This document shows, one piece after another, positions 37,723 to 49,126 of a DNA stretch of 64,000 bases. The notes under the pieces are model-generated. The model was not told the DNA's origin, ran no database searches, and worked only from the letters and a program-made list of their open reading frames with translations. Within the stretch, counting starts at the first letter, position 1. Every line of letters begins with the position of its first letter. The position numbers and the translations under genes are program-made. Origin of the DNA: an uncultured Gammaproteobacteria bacterium (GTDB lineage Bacteria; Patescibacteriota; Patescibacteriia; Magasanikbacterales; UBA922); contig CAZFUL010000006.1 of assembly GCA_964522435.1 (NCBI GenBank), positions 9,573 to 73,572 of the forward strand, given 5' to 3'.

Positions 37723-40700
37723 TTAGAGCGTAGAGGCGTCACAGACAGCCCAACCATCCGGAACATCGCAAGGAGTTGCAAATGCTTGGCAACTTCCTCC
37801 TTGGGTTGATTGCGCATAGGTGATAATTTGCGCACATAAGCGTCCTTCTCGTTGATCCCAGTGCGTTACTGGACGATCGGTGATAAGAGTAGCATCGGTG
37901 GTAAATTGAAGACTTTCTACAATAGATAAAAACAAGTCTCCTTGTCCTTCTATAACAAATATGTCACCACTTGGTAATACTAGGCGAATAAGATATTGCA
38001 TAACACCCAAGTCATTGATTATCGCCATCTGCGTCCCGGTGATACCATCAATAACCACGGTCGATGTTGCTTGGCTCATGACAGGCGGCGCCACTAATTC
38101 TTTATATAAACTAATATATTGAGAAGGGGTTGTTTGTTGAGTTATCGACGGTTCTTGGATAGTAACTCCCCCATTCCATTGCGTCACTCGCCAACCAGTT
38201 GGATATTGTATAGAAAACGGCACCCCTTGCTGAATATCTAACGTTGATCGTTCATCTGACCGTTCTTCGACATAGCGCTTTTCAATGTTTTCTTCAATAC
38301 GTTCTCTCACTTGGGCAGGAGAAATATCATGTACTACCGTCGATACCGGTTGTGCAGCAGGACTACCACAACCCGCACCAAGCATCATAAGACCAGCCCC
38401 AACTAATCCCCAAAGTGCCACCAAAGAAAGCGCCCGCACATGAGTTTTGTTTCCTTTTTTCCCTACAGTTTTTTCTAACTGCGCAATGCGTTGTCTCGTG
38501 GCAATAATACTATCAGGATTCAACGACATACTATCGACTCCTAACGAAACGATATATTCCGCAAATTCTGGATAATCACTCGGTGCTTGTCCGCATACCC
38601 CAACGTGCTTGTGGTGCTTATGGGCAACATCAATAACTTGTTTTATCAATTTTTTCACCGCTTGGTTCGTTGCGTCGCCAATATGCATCAAGTCTCCTGC
38701 ATCTCTATCCAGCCCCAAGGTCAGCTGCGCCAAATCATTTGTGCCAATACTAAAGCCATCAAATAACGCGGCAAATTCTTCGGCAAGCATAACATTCGAA
38801 GGAATTTCACACATGACATACACCTGCAATCCATTCTCTCCTCGCTTGAGTCCGAATTCTGCCATAGTCTGTAATACTTTTTCGCCCTCTTCTGGCGTAC
38901 GACAAAAAGGTACCATCACAATAATGTTTTTTAATCCCCACTCTTCTCGCACTCGTTTAATTGCACGACATTCAAGCGCAAAGGCAGGTTTATATTCAGG
39001 AGAATAATAGCGACTCGCCCCACGCCATCCGAGCATGGGATTTTCTTCCTGTGGTTCAAATTCTTTTCCTCCTAACAGAGAGGCATATTCATTGCTTTTA
39101 AAATCACTCAATCGCACAATAACTGGCTTTCCTTTTGCAGAAGCAGCAATGCGCGCAATCCCTTCGGATAATTTATCAACAAAATAGTCTGTTTTTTTCT
39201 TGTAGCCTTTCGTAAGATTGTCTATTTGTTTTTTAACGTTTTTATTTTTTAACAAATGATAATTCGTTAATGCGAGCGGATGGATACGAATATACTGCGT
39301 AAAAATAAATTCCAATCGTGCTAACCCAATACCATCATGCGGTAAGCCTGATAAAGAAAAGGCATGCTGTGGGTCGCCAATATTCATCATGATTTGTGTT
39401 TTCGTCTTTGGAATATCGGTAATATTGGTGCGTTGCACCTCAAACGGAAGAACCCCTTGGTAAATAATTCCCTCTTCCCCTTTTGAACAATCAATAGTAA
39501 GACTGGCCTTATGTTTTAATAGACTTCTGGCGTCTTTTGCTCCTACAATACAAGGAACACCAATCTCTCTTGAAACAATAGCCGCATGACTGGTTTTTCC
39601 GCCTTGTTCAGTGATAATCGCAGAGGCCATACGCATAATTGGCTCCCAATCTGGATCGGTTAATCGGGTAACTAACACCTCTCCTTTTTTAAATAAGGCC
39701 ATGTCTGAAGGCTGTTCAATACAACGCACTTTTCCTGCACCAATACGCCGGCCTACCGCAATTCCCCGAAGAAGCTCTTTGCCTGTTTTTTTTAATACAT
39801 ATTGTTCAAGCACCGCACCGGATTGCTGAGAAATAACCGTTTCTGGTCGTGCCTGAACAATAAACAATTTGCCTGTTTTTTCTTGTTTTACCCATTCAAT
39901 ATCTTGGGGACGAGCATAATGTTTTTCTATTTGTATTCCCCAGGCAGTTAACTGAAGAATATCGCTATCACTCATACTTAGCCGTGCACGATCTGTTGCA
40001 GAAACAATTTTTTGTTTCGTACGTCCAGTTCCTGTACAAACAAGTTGTACTTCTTTACTTCCACAAGTTTTGCTAATAATGGCAGGCCCGACCTCTGCAG
40101 AAGGAGCTTTTACCACATACCATTGATCTGGAATCACTCGCCCTTTTACCACATATTCTCCAAGCCCATAACTGCCGTTAATGACGGCGACGTTATCAAA
40201 CCCTGATTCTGTATCAACAGTAAACAAAACCCCGCTTGCGCTCGCACGAATCATTTGTTGTACCGTAACCGATAAGGCAACATGCAAATGGCCAAAACCT
40301 TTTGCTTCTCGATAAGAAATTGCTCTATCAGTAAATAAGGAGGCCATACATCTTTTTACCGCAAGTAAGAGTGCGGCATCGCCTTCTATATTCAAAAAAC
40401 TTTCTTGTTGGCCAGCAAAACTTGCGGTTGGCAAATCTTCTGCCGTGGCAGAAGAGCGAACCGCGACCGCAGTACCACCCAAACGATGATATGCATCAAG
40501 AATATTTTTCTCCAAATCTTTTGGAAGTATTGCTGATAACATCAGCTGACGAATTTTTTTTCCGACGGCAGCAAGTTTTTTTACATTATGAACATCTATT
40601 TCTTGTAATAATTCTTTTATTTTTTTCCGAAGACCTTGTTGCTCCAAAATATACCAATACGCATCTGCTGTAATAGCAAATCCATTTGGAACCGCAATCC

Positions 40701-40842
40701 CCTGATCTTTTAATCGTGAATACATCTCTCCCAAAGAAGCATTTTTTCCTCCCACAAGAGGAACATCAGCAAAAGAAATATCTTTAAACCAAAGAATATC
40801 TTGCCGCTGTGTCTGTTGTTGTTTTTTTATTTTAGGAGACAT
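37723..40842 (-). CDS. ppsA: Phosphoenolpyruvate synthase with C-terminal TM/lipoprotein-like extension
   Basis: GGKNASLGEM, RSSATAEDLPTASFAGQQ, GGKTSHAAIVSRE, EENPMLGWRG, MCEIPSN. Confidence 0.95.
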   Translation of the reverse strand: MSPKIKKQQQTQRQDILWFKDISFADVPLVGGKNASLGEMYSRLKDQGIAVPNGFAITADAYWYILEQQGLRKKIKELLQEIDVHNVKKLAAVGKKIRQLMLSAILPKDLEKNILDAYHRLGGTAVAVRSSATAEDLPTASFAGQQESFLNIEGDAALLLAVKRCMASLFTDRAISYREAKGFGHLHVALSVTVQQMIRASASGVLFTVDTESGFDNVAVINGSYGLGEYVVKGRVIPDQWYVVKAPSAEVGPAIISKTCGSKEVQLVCTGTGRTKQKIVSATDRARLSMSDSDILQLTAWGIQIEKHYARPQDIEWVKQEKTGKLFIVQARPETVISQQSGAVLEQYVLKKTGKELLRGIAVGRRIGAGKVRCIEQPSDMALFKKGEVLVTRLTDPDWEPIMRMASAIITEQGGKTSHAAIVSREIGVPCIVGAKDARSLLKHKASLTIDCSKGEEGIIYQGVLPFEVQRTNITDIPKTKTQIMMNIGDPQHAFSLSGLPHDGIGLARLEFIFTQYIRIHPLALTNYHLLKNKNVKKQIDNLTKGYKKKTDYFVDKLSEGIARIAASAKGKPVIVRLSDFKSNEYASLLGGKEFEPQEENPMLGWRGASRYYSPEYKPAFALECRAIKRVREEWGLKNIIVMVPFCRTPEEGEKVLQTMAEFGLKRGENGLQVYVMCEIPSNVMLAEEFAALFDGFSIGTNDLAQLTLGLDRDAGDLMHIGDATNQAVKKLIKQVIDVAHKHHKHVGVCGQAPSDYPEFAEYIVSLGVDSMSLNPDSIIATRQRIAQLEKTVGKKGNKTHVRALSLVALWGLVGAGLMMLGAGCGSPAAQPVSTVVHDISPAQVRERIEENIEKRYVEERSDERSTLDIQQGVPFSIQYPTGWRVTQWNGGVTIQEPSITQQTTPSQYISLYKELVAPPVMSQATSTVVIDGITGTQMAIINDLGVMQYLIRLVLPSGDIFVIEGQGDLFLSIVESLQFTTDATLITDRPVTHWDQREGRLCAQIITYAQSTQGGSCQAFATPCDVPDGWAVCDASTL

Positions 40843-40911
40843 ATGAAAAACGTAGCCTCATACGATATACGGGGCTACAATAGATAGTATAGCATACACC
40901 AACCCTCTGTG

Positions 40912-42354
40912 CTAACTCACTTGCCGTACTTCCAAAAAGTTTAGTTGCCCTGCTTGCCCAACCGGTTCTCCCGCAACCACAATAACACGCTCCCCTACGT
41001 CAATGATACGACGTTCTTTTAAGGTCACTAACGATCGTTCTACTAATTCTTCAATAGAATGACAGGCCGGCAGCATAAATGGGTATACCCCCCAAGAAAG
41101 GCTCAATTGTCGTTCGGTTCGCTCATTATTTGTCGCAACAGTAATAGGCAATTCTGGACGATAGCGACTAATACGCTTTGCTGTCTCACCTGATAGTGAT
41201 GCAGCCAAAATCACGCGTGCACCAACATCCTCTGCCAGGATACGAGACAGGCCACTTAAAACATCATCAACACTATCTTTACCAGAATTCATTATTGGAA
41301 GAGCAAGATCATCATATACAGAGTTTTCTGTTTCAATAATAATATTGCTCATTGTTTGCACTGATTCTACCGGATATGCCCCAGTCGCGGTTTCATTTGA
41401 TAACATTACCGCATCGGTGTGATCCATAACCGCATGCGCTACATCAGATACTTCTGCACGGGTAGGACGAGGATTCTTTTGCATGGAATCAAGCATTTGT
41501 GTTGCAACAATAACAGGACGAGCTTTTTCTCGTGCCTTATCAATCAATTTTTTTTGAATCACTGGAACTTGCTCAGCAGGAATTTCTATTCCCAAGTCGC
41601 CTCTGGCAATCATAATACCATCAACAACGTCTAATATAGCGTCAATTCTTTCTATTGCCTCTGCGCGTTCTATTTTTGCAATAATTTTTACGGATTGTTC
41701 AACCGTATTTCCTATCTTTTTCTCTTCTTCTTTAATGATAAAGCGCAAATCTAAAATATCTTCCGGAGAAGTAACAAAAGAAAGTGCCATAAAATCAACC
41801 CCTTGGGCAACACCAAAGGCGGCATCTTGTTTGTCTTTTTCTGTTAATGAACGAATATGTAATTTTGAATCTGGAACGTTTAATCCTTTATGGGAAAACA
41901 AGTCACCTCCAACCACCACCTCGGTAGTAATAATCGTTCCGTCAATCGAGATAATGCGCGTTTCTATTGTCCCATCACTAATAAGGATACGATCGTTTAT
42001 TTGTAAAAATTGATGCAACTCATGATAATCAATAGGAATACGTTCATCATGATATTCACTCAATGCGGTATCAAAAACAACCTGCTGCCCTTTTGTAATA
42101 GCAATTCCTGTTTCAGGTAAAATACCTAAACGAATTTTAGGACCTTGCAAATCTTGCAGTATGGCAATCGGTTGCTGTTTTTCTTTGGAAACGGCACGCA
42201 CCGTATTCATTAATAATAAATGATCCTCGTGGCTGCCATGAGAAAAGTTTAATCGAGCAACATTCATCCCAGCATCAACCATCTTCGCAATCTGTTCTTT
42301 ATCATGAGATGCTGGTCCCAAGGTACAGACAATTTTTGTTCTTTTATTCATCAT
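40912..42354 (-). CDS. pyk: Pyruvate kinase
   Basis: RTKIVCTLGPAS, ARLNFSHG, DLQGPKIR, ARGDLG, PTRAEVSDV. Confidence 0.98.
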   Translation of the reverse strand: MMNKRTKIVCTLGPASHDKEQIAKMVDAGMNVARLNFSHGSHEDHLLLMNTVRAVSKEKQQPIAILQDLQGPKIRLGILPETGIAITKGQQVVFDTALSEYHDERIPIDYHELHQFLQINDRILISDGTIETRIISIDGTIITTEVVVGGDLFSHKGLNVPDSKLHIRSLTEKDKQDAAFGVAQGVDFMALSFVTSPEDILDLRFIIKEEEKKIGNTVEQSVKIIAKIERAEAIERIDAILDVVDGIMIARGDLGIEIPAEQVPVIQKKLIDKAREKARPVIVATQMLDSMQKNPRPTRAEVSDVAHAVMDHTDAVMLSNETATGAYPVESVQTMSNIIIETENSVYDDLALPIMNSGKDSVDDVLSGLSRILAEDVGARVILAASLSGETAKRISRYRPELPITVATNNERTERQLSLSWGVYPFMLPACHSIEELVERSLVTLKERRIIDVGERVIVVAGEPVGQAGQLNFLEVRQVS

Positions 42355-42377
42355 ACATCATGAGTGATAGTGCCTAG

Positions 42378-42656
42378 TTATTTGTTGAACAGTTCCTGAA
42401 ATCGTTCAATCGTACTTCCTTGTGTAATAACTTCTTTGGCAATAGGTGGCAAATAAATAATACCCAATACAACAGGAATGAGGACAATAAGTAATCGAAC
42501 AATACCCCCGACAGAGAGCATAAACATCTGTTTTTTTACATGCTGTTGCTCTTTAAGAATAGTCTGACACACCTCAGTCAACTCACGAATCTGTTCTGAC
42601 AGCTCTTGAGATCTGTCTGTAACTTCTTGCTTGTCTGTGTGGTTTAGTGAGCTCAT
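42378..42656 (-). CDS. Small membrane protein
   Basis: Coiled coil plus TM ending YLPP. Confidence 0.65.
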   Translation of the reverse strand: MSSLNHTDKQEVTDRSQELSEQIRELTEVCQTILKEQQHVKKQMFMLSVGGIVRLLIVLIPVVLGIIYLPPIAKEVITQGSTIERFQELFNK

Positions 42657-42663
42657 AGGGGCA

Positions 42664-43128
42664 TTATGATGAACGACGTTTTTTTTCAAGAGAACGTATT
42701 TCTGAGGTAAAGGTATCCACGTCTTCAAACGCACGATAGATAGAGGCAAAACGGATATACGCAACTTTATCAAATCGTTTTAATTGTTTCATAACAATCT
42801 CTCCAATATGTTGAGTGGTTACTTCTCGTGCTCGTGTTTTTTGAATGTCACGTTCAATACCATGAATCAAACGATCAAATTTTTCTTGTGTATACGGGCG
42901 TTTTGCCAATGAGCGGATAATCCCTTGTTTTATTTTTTCACGTGAATAGGACTCTCGCCGCCCATCATTTTTTACAATAACCACATCCAGTAATTCGGTT
43001 TCTTCTATTGTAGAAAATCGATATTTACAGGCAATACACTCCCGACGACGACGAACAGATAGGCCATCTGGAGGCACACGAGAATCAACGACTTTTGTTT
43101 CTTCTGAACGACAAACAGGACAAAACAT
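42664..43128 (-). CDS. nrdR: Transcriptional repressor NrdR
   Basis: CPVC..TKVVDSR..RRRREC..C; ATP cone; VAYIRFASIY. Confidence 0.97.
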   Translation of the reverse strand: MFCPVCRSEETKVVDSRVPPDGLSVRRRRECIACKYRFSTIEETELLDVVIVKNDGRRESYSREKIKQGIIRSLAKRPYTQEKFDRLIHGIERDIQKTRAREVTTQHIGEIVMKQLKRFDKVAYIRFASIYRAFEDVDTFTSEIRSLEKKRRSS

Positions 43129-43167
43129 ACAGCAGAGTTAGTCAATCTTTTTAAGATCATGAAACAA

Positions 43168-44466
43168 CTACATGCCCATTTTTTTACGAATAAAGGCAGG
43201 TATTTCTAAATCTTCCTCATCATCATTGGCGGTTTTTGCCGCATCAATATCTTGCTTTGACAGCGACTGTTGAGAAAATGATTTTTGTCTATCAGCAGAA
43301 CTAAATGATGGTTGCGCTTGTGGCACAGAACGACTCGTAAATCCACGGAACATGTCCTCTGTAGACTCTGCACGAGTATCGTCTTCTTCAACAACAGGCA
43401 GTGATTTCTTTTTAAATGAATTGTTATAAAAAGATCGTGTTTTGCTCATGAGTGGTCGTTCTTCTTCAAGAGATCCGGCTGAGCTAAGAAAATCTTTTTG
43501 CATTTCATGTTCATCATGATCAAAACCAGTAGCAATAACGGTAACGCGTAATTCATCGGTTAAATTCTCATCGATTACGGTACCAAAAATAACCCGAACA
43601 TTTTCATCAGCAGAACTGGTGATCACCTTCGCAGCTTCAGATACTTCTTGCATACCCAAATTCTTTCCTCCTGTAATGGTAAACAAAATACCTCTTGCGC
43701 CATCAATAGCTAATTCAAGAAGTGGACTTGATATTGCTGCTTTTGCAGCTTCGGCAGCTCTGTTATCACCAGAGGCAACACCAATACCCATTAATGCCGT
43801 ACCGGTATCTTTCATAATCGTTTTTACGTCAGCAAAATCCACATTAATTAACCCAGGGACGGTAATTAATTCAGAAATTCCTTGCACCCCTTGTCGTAAC
43901 ACATCATCCAAAATTTTAAAGGCATCTAAAATAGACGTATTTTTATCAATAATTTGTAATACGCGATCGTTTGGAATGGTAATAATGGTATCAACGTATT
44001 TTGCGAGTTCTTTGTGTGCTTGTTCCGCAATACTGTTTCTTTGAGGACCTTCAAAAGAAAAAGGTTTTGTTACGACCCCAACAGTAAGTGCCCCGACTTC
44101 TTTTGCTATTTGCGCAATCACGGGACCAGCCCCTGAACCAGTACCCCCGCCTAATCCACAGGTAACAAACACCATGTCAGAACCTTTGAGAACATCACGG
44201 ATTTCATTTTGAGATTCTTCTGCACTTCGTTTACCAACTTCAGGATCCATTCCGGCACCAAGACCCCGAGTAACCGTTTTTCCAATATGTAATTTATGTG
44301 GCGCGCTATTATGGTGTAAGGCTTGCACATCAGTATTCATAACAACAAACTCAACACCACGAATACCGCTTTTTACCATTCGATTTACAGCAGAACAGCC
44401 GGAGCCCCCAACACCCACGACTTTAATTTTAGCAAATGTTTCAACATCTGGTTTCACTTGAGGCAT
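43168..44466 (-). CDS. ftsZ: Cell division protein FtsZ
   Basis: [16 protein letters not shown]-terminal LEIPAFIRK. Confidence 0.99.
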   Translation of the reverse strand: MPQVKPDVETFAKIKVVGVGGSGCSAVNRMVKSGIRGVEFVVMNTDVQALHHNSAPHKLHIGKTVTRGLGAGMDPEVGKRSAEESQNEIRDVLKGSDMVFVTCGLGGGTGSGAGPVIAQIAKEVGALTVGVVTKPFSFEGPQRNSIAEQAHKELAKYVDTIITIPNDRVLQIIDKNTSILDAFKILDDVLRQGVQGISELITVPGLINVDFADVKTIMKDTGTALMGIGVASGDNRAAEAAKAAISSPLLELAIDGARGILFTITGGKNLGMQEVSEAAKVITSSADENVRVIFGTVIDENLTDELRVTVIATGFDHDEHEMQKDFLSSAGSLEEERPLMSKTRSFYNNSFKKKSLPVVEEDDTRAESTEDMFRGFTSRSVPQAQPSFSSADRQKSFSQQSLSKQDIDAAKTANDDEEDLEIPAFIRKKMGM

Positions 44467-44602
44467 ATACAGGTTCAGTTCAAGGATGAAAAATAGTTTT
44501 ATGAACACAATTAGTGTTCATTTTTCGCTACATAGAGCGATATATACAGCTATTGTATTATACTCCTATCAACAACGTCAAGAAAAAAAATAGTTCCCTC
44601 TC

Positions 44603-45868
44603 TTAGGGGACTAAAAATTTAAATATTTTGCGTACTTGATCAGCGGCTTTTCCTCCACCAGGAAGACGAAAACGACTGGTGGTCTTTTTTTCTTTTCCCA
44701 TATGCAATGCCCCCCAACGCACTAAGCCAATCGCACTGGTAAATGATAAATCATTAATTTTATCTGTTGCGCTTTGCATACCAAAAGGAAAGCCGTAGCC
44801 GGCATTCATTTGTAAGACATGTTTTGCCACATCAATTAAATCATGAAGCTTTGCACCTCCTCCACAAAACACAGCACCTGCAGGTAACAAGCCCCGTCGT
44901 TGAATGCCTAAAAGTTCTTGGTTTACTTTTTCTAATAACTCCCCTACCCGTGCAGCAATAATTTCAATAATAAATTTTTTAGGAATATATTGGGAGGGTT
45001 GTCCAAATTCAGCCAAATCAATAACATCTTTTTTAGTAAACCCTTTTACCAGACAGCCGCCATATAACAATTTAATTTTTTCCGCAACATCAATTGACGT
45101 TTGTAAACCAAGCGCTAAATCATTGGTAATATGATTTGAGCCAATAGGAATGACCGCAGTATGAATAAGTTGTCCTTCTTCAAATACCGCTATCGTCGTG
45201 GTTGATCCTCCAATATCAATAAGCACGACGCCTAATTCTTTTTGTCTATCAGTTAATACCGCATCAGCGGTTGCAACAACAGACAGCACCAAATCATCGA
45301 TATCAATCCCGGTACGATAAATGGTTTTACTAATATTTTTTATATGCGGCGTAGCACCATAAATCATTTGCGCATCTACTTCTACCCGCACCCCCGTCAT
45401 ACCAACAGGATCTTTAATCCCTGTTTGTCCATCGACAGTAAATGAACGTGGAAGCACATGAATAATTTCATAATTTAATGGAGAGGCCACTCCTTGCGCT
45501 GATTCAATAACCCGTTCCACATCCTCATAAGAAATTTCTCCATCTGTTTTTGCTACCGCAACAACTCCCCTGTTTTCTTGTTTAATAATCTGGGTGCCAG
45601 AAATTCCGACCCAAGCACTTTCAATAGGAACCCCGATTAATCGATCAATCTCTTCTAATACATGGGATACAGAAGAGACAGCCTCTTCAATGGAAACAAT
45701 GGTTCCTTTATGAATACCGTAGGCCCCTACTTCTGCCGTAGCAATGAGTTGTATGTCTCCGCCTCCCCCACGTTCGTCAGAGGTATATTGCGCTACCGCA
45801 ATACGAACAGCCGTCGATCCAATATCGAGGCCAGTAATAAGTTCAGGTTGTTGTCGGGATCGTGCCAT
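44603..45868 (-). CDS. ftsA: Cell division protein FtsA
   Basis: GLDIGST, DPVGMTG, DIGGSTT, GGGAKL; upstream of ftsZ. Confidence 0.97.
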   Translation of the reverse strand: MARSRQQPELITGLDIGSTAVRIAVAQYTSDERGGGGDIQLIATAEVGAYGIHKGTIVSIEEAVSSVSHVLEEIDRLIGVPIESAWVGISGTQIIKQENRGVVAVAKTDGEISYEDVERVIESAQGVASPLNYEIIHVLPRSFTVDGQTGIKDPVGMTGVRVEVDAQMIYGATPHIKNISKTIYRTGIDIDDLVLSVVATADAVLTDRQKELGVVLIDIGGSTTTIAVFEEGQLIHTAVIPIGSNHITNDLALGLQTSIDVAEKIKLLYGGCLVKGFTKKDVIDLAEFGQPSQYIPKKFIIEIIAARVGELLEKVNQELLGIQRRGLLPAGAVFCGGGAKLHDLIDVAKHVLQMNAGYGFPFGMQSATDKINDLSFTSAIGLVRWGALHMGKEKKTTSRFRLPGGGKAADQVRKIFKFLVP

Positions 45869-45900
45869 AGAAAATACGTCAAGAGAAGGTCATTGTACCA

Positions 45901-46272
45901 TTATTTGGCAATAAGCTCAAACACTGTCGGAATAAGAATCATACCAGCAATCAATAGTGATAACGCGCCCGCAATCAATACCATACCTGCAAGCATGTCT
46001 TTAATAATACCGGCTTGATAACTCAACCGGGGTTTGAGCATGTCAATAAATTTTTCCATGGCACTATTAATAATTTCTAATACGAGTACAAATAAGGCCA
46101 AACACAGTAATACAATCATCTCAGAAGGTTTCAGCGGTAAAAACCAAACCACAACAATAAGAACGAGCGTAGCAATAACTTGAAGACGAAAATTTTGTTC
46201 ATGAACAAAAATATAGCGCAGTCCTCTACTCGCATGAGAAACACTGGTAAAAAATTTTTTTATGTACGACAT
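45901..46272 (-). CDS. dgkA: Diacylglycerol/undecaprenol kinase
   Basis: EQNFRLQ, EIINSAME, KDMLAG. Confidence 0.9.
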   Translation of the reverse strand: MSYIKKFFTSVSHASRGLRYIFVHEQNFRLQVIATLVLIVVVWFLPLKPSEMIVLLCLALFVLVLEIINSAMEKFIDMLKPRLSYQAGIIKDMLAGMVLIAGALSLLIAGMILIPTVFELIAK

Positions 46273-46712
46273 AGGGCACTTACTAATGTTTCTTGCAAAG
46301 GAAACATTTCTGCTGCTTGTTTTTTGGTTATATGATCATAGCCAAATACATGCAATATGCCATGCACGAGCATACGCATAAACTCTTCTTTATATGAGAT
46401 ATGGAACTCTTTTGCTTGTCGTTCTATTTGTTTTACACTAATAAAAATGTCTCCTCCTTCCATCATTACCGGAGAAACAAAGCCATCAACACCCTCATAC
46501 TCAACTAACGGAAACGATAATACATCAGTCGTCGAATCTTTTCCGCGATGTAGCCGATTTAAGGTTCGCATACGATCATCTCCAATAAGATGAATGCTGA
46601 GTTGTACCTCTTTTTTTCCTATGCGTGAGCATACTTTTTTTGCCGCAACAAGAATAGTCGATTCAGGGATCGCCGTTTTTTTTACTCGTTGATATACAAC
46701 GCATTCTATCAT
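46260..46712 (-). CDS. ybeY: rRNA maturation RNase YbeY
   Basis: TDVLSF, HGILHVFGYDH. Confidence 0.95.
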   Translation of the reverse strand: MIECVVYQRVKKTAIPESTILVAAKKVCSRIGKKEVQLSIHLIGDDRMRTLNRLHRGKDSTTDVLSFPLVEYEGVDGFVSPVMMEGGDIFISVKQIERQAKEFHISYKEEFMRMLVHGILHVFGYDHITKKQAAEMFPLQETLVSALCRT

Positions 46713-46718
46713 AGAACA

Positions 46719-47915
46719 TTATTCAGAAAGCTCCCCATCCCCTTGTTGAAGCCCAGAGGGTGAAGAAGATGTACTCGTATCAGTATTCTGTATAGGCGTA
46801 CTGCTCGGGAGTATTACTTGCTCTGGCAATATGCCTACCGCACGGTTGGGACGAAAACTTTGAATGAGCATATTCATGATGTTTGGATAAAAAATTTGCT
46901 CACTTACTCCTGGTGTATACACGATAACATACAGATAATTGTCACTTTGCACATACGCGACCAACCCATCACGACGAACAAAATAATCAATACCAAAACG
47001 ACTTTGTTTTTGTTGCAAATCACTAAATTGTTGTTGACTCGCATTGGTAGAAAACCACCGAACAAAATCTGTTTCCGGAGGCAAAACAATTGTATGTACG
47101 GCAATATAATCGCCCGTAATAGCACTCACCAATACCTGAGTTGATTGGGGATCAACGGAAGACACATCCCAACCCAAGGGGTAATACAGACGATATTGAA
47201 ATGCTGGATTGATATACTCACGCACCAAGCCAGAATCAATTAACCGCAGCGGTGCAAAGCCACCGGGGTTATACAAATTTGATAATTCTTGTCCATCATA
47301 ATACCCATCATCGTCAGAATCCCATGCCCCACTGTCTGTGCCAAATACTTCTTCTTCTTGATCAGTGAGATCATCACTATCAATATCAACACTCACAGAA
47401 AATGTTGTTCGAGGAAATACGATACGATTACTGGGCAAAAGCACGGGTGTTACCGTTGAGGAACTCGTGCTCCTTGGCGCATCCTGCTCTAGTGGGACGA
47501 TAATTGATGGCTGTTGTTGTGTCGAAGAAGCAACTATTGGGGGTGGAACCTGAGCCGACTGATTATTTACACGCGTTGATTGCAAAGCATCGGATATATA
47601 ATACCAACTCACGGCAGCCAATACGATAATACTCAAAAGTGCAATAATAAGCACAAGATGTGATTTTTTCTTTTCTTTTGAAGCCGGTGGGATACTGCTT
47701 TCCTGTTCCCTAATGGGCACCGCAGCACCAAGAGGCGCTATTTTTTTAGGGGGCTCAGACATAAGAGGATGTTGCACCGCTGCTGCTGCGGTTGGCTCAT
47801 AAATATTGGGATCCTTTCCACCATAAAAAATATCCGGAATTGTTTGAATATCTAACGTTCCAATTTTTTCATTCGGAACCTCTCCTTGCCTGGATTTCTT
47901 TTGAAATAATCCCAT
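46719..47915 (-). CDS. Membrane protein with Ca-binding TSP3-like repeats
   Basis: TM; DIDSDDLTDQEE...DSDDDGYYDGQE..YNP. Confidence 0.8.
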   Translation of the reverse strand: MGLFQKKSRQGEVPNEKIGTLDIQTIPDIFYGGKDPNIYEPTAAAAVQHPLMSEPPKKIAPLGAAVPIREQESSIPPASKEKKKSHLVLIIALLSIIVLAAVSWYYISDALQSTRVNNQSAQVPPPIVASSTQQQPSIIVPLEQDAPRSTSSSTVTPVLLPSNRIVFPRTTFSVSVDIDSDDLTDQEEEVFGTDSGAWDSDDDGYYDGQELSNLYNPGGFAPLRLIDSGLVREYINPAFQYRLYYPLGWDVSSVDPQSTQVLVSAITGDYIAVHTIVLPPETDFVRWFSTNASQQQFSDLQQKQSRFGIDYFVRRDGLVAYVQSDNYLYVIVYTPGVSEQIFYPNIMNMLIQSFRPNRAVGILPEQVILPSSTPIQNTDTSTSSSPSGLQQGDGELSE

Positions 47916-47929
47916 AACAAAAGGTCTTT

Positions 47930-49108
47930 CTACTGAGTAACGGTTGTTTGTTGACCGCAACGTGCCACCCGTTTTTGAATTTCAGAGATAAACAATGGAA
48001 ACAACGGGTCATCGGCTCGGATGGTAAGACTCACGGGCTTACCTTGTGCTGCTAATACTTGCATCGATTCAGTAAAAATGTTGTCAATATCATCTTGAGT
48101 ACAACTTCCTACAGAGAGATCTGCAAGAACGGTTAATGGAAACACAACGGCTGTGGAAGTCGTCGAAGGAGATAGGGTTGATGATGCTGTGGCCTGTGGT
48201 ACTTCAAAGATTCGGCCAATACCACTTGGGCTATAGCCTGACTTTACTTCAGTACCATCGGTATACGAATCACCATCAGTATCAGGATTTAGGGGATTTG
48301 TTTTCCAAATAATCACTTCATCCCCGTCAGAAAGTTCATCATCATCAGAATCCCAATCATTTGGATTTAGTCCCAAACTACGTTCTTGATCATCGTCTAA
48401 GCCATCGCTATCCGTATCTTGAAGTGCACCAAATAATAGACGATCGTCTACATTTGGTACCGAAGGAGGAATAGGATTACTTACGGTATTTGTTCCTGTT
48501 TGAGAAGAAGGGATTTCATCAAACGGAGTTTGTACGACTTGTTCTTGCGTATTTGCAAATACGGCTGTGTATACCCACCAAGCACCGCCCGCTAAAATCA
48601 ACAATACAACAGAAAAAATAATCACCGCCATAATTCCCCTACTAAGACTTGGCTCTTTAATCATGTATTGTTCTCCTTGTGGCAAGGGTGGAGGTGTTTC
48701 AATTTCTGGAGGCTGACCAAAAATACCAGCTCCATTACCCCGTGAGGCACTTGGCATATCTGGGGCAAACGATTTTTCTGATGAAGACATGGGCGGTATA
48801 GCTGCTGGTACATCGGCAAGCATCGGTTCTTCATCCTGCATAGCTTGCGGCATCGTAACTATATCATCATCACCATCAATATCAGGAAAAGCAGGACGTG
48901 CAGGTTTTAAAATACCAGCATCTAATGCAGAAGGCGCCGCTATAGGGGATGCAGGTATATCTTGGGGCACAAAAGAGGAGATATCTGCCACAGGAAGCAC
49001 AGGTTCATCAACTTGTTGAAAGATATCATCTGGCTCACCAATAGGTAAATTAGGGGGAATTGCCCCGGTCTTTGCTGTGGGTGATTGTGATAATTGATCG
49101 TCAAACAT
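47930..49108 (-). CDS. Membrane protein with Ca-binding TSP3-like repeats
   Basis: Pro-rich N-terminus; TM; DTDSDGL, DSDDDEL and DTDGDSY repeats. Confidence 0.8.
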   Translation of the reverse strand: MFDDQLSQSPTAKTGAIPPNLPIGEPDDIFQQVDEPVLPVADISSFVPQDIPASPIAAPSALDAGILKPARPAFPDIDGDDDIVTMPQAMQDEEPMLADVPAAIPPMSSSEKSFAPDMPSASRGNGAGIFGQPPEIETPPPLPQGEQYMIKEPSLSRGIMAVIIFSVVLLILAGGAWWVYTAVFANTQEQVVQTPFDEIPSSQTGTNTVSNPIPPSVPNVDDRLLFGALQDTDSDGLDDDQERSLGLNPNDWDSDDDELSDGDEVIIWKTNPLNPDTDGDSYTDGTEVKSGYSPSGIGRIFEVPQATASSTLSPSTTSTAVVFPLTVLADLSVGSCTQDDIDNIFTESMQVLAAQGKPVSLTIRADDPLFPLFISEIQKRVARCGQQTTVTQ

Positions 49109-49126
49109 AGTGTCTTTACTAATAAA

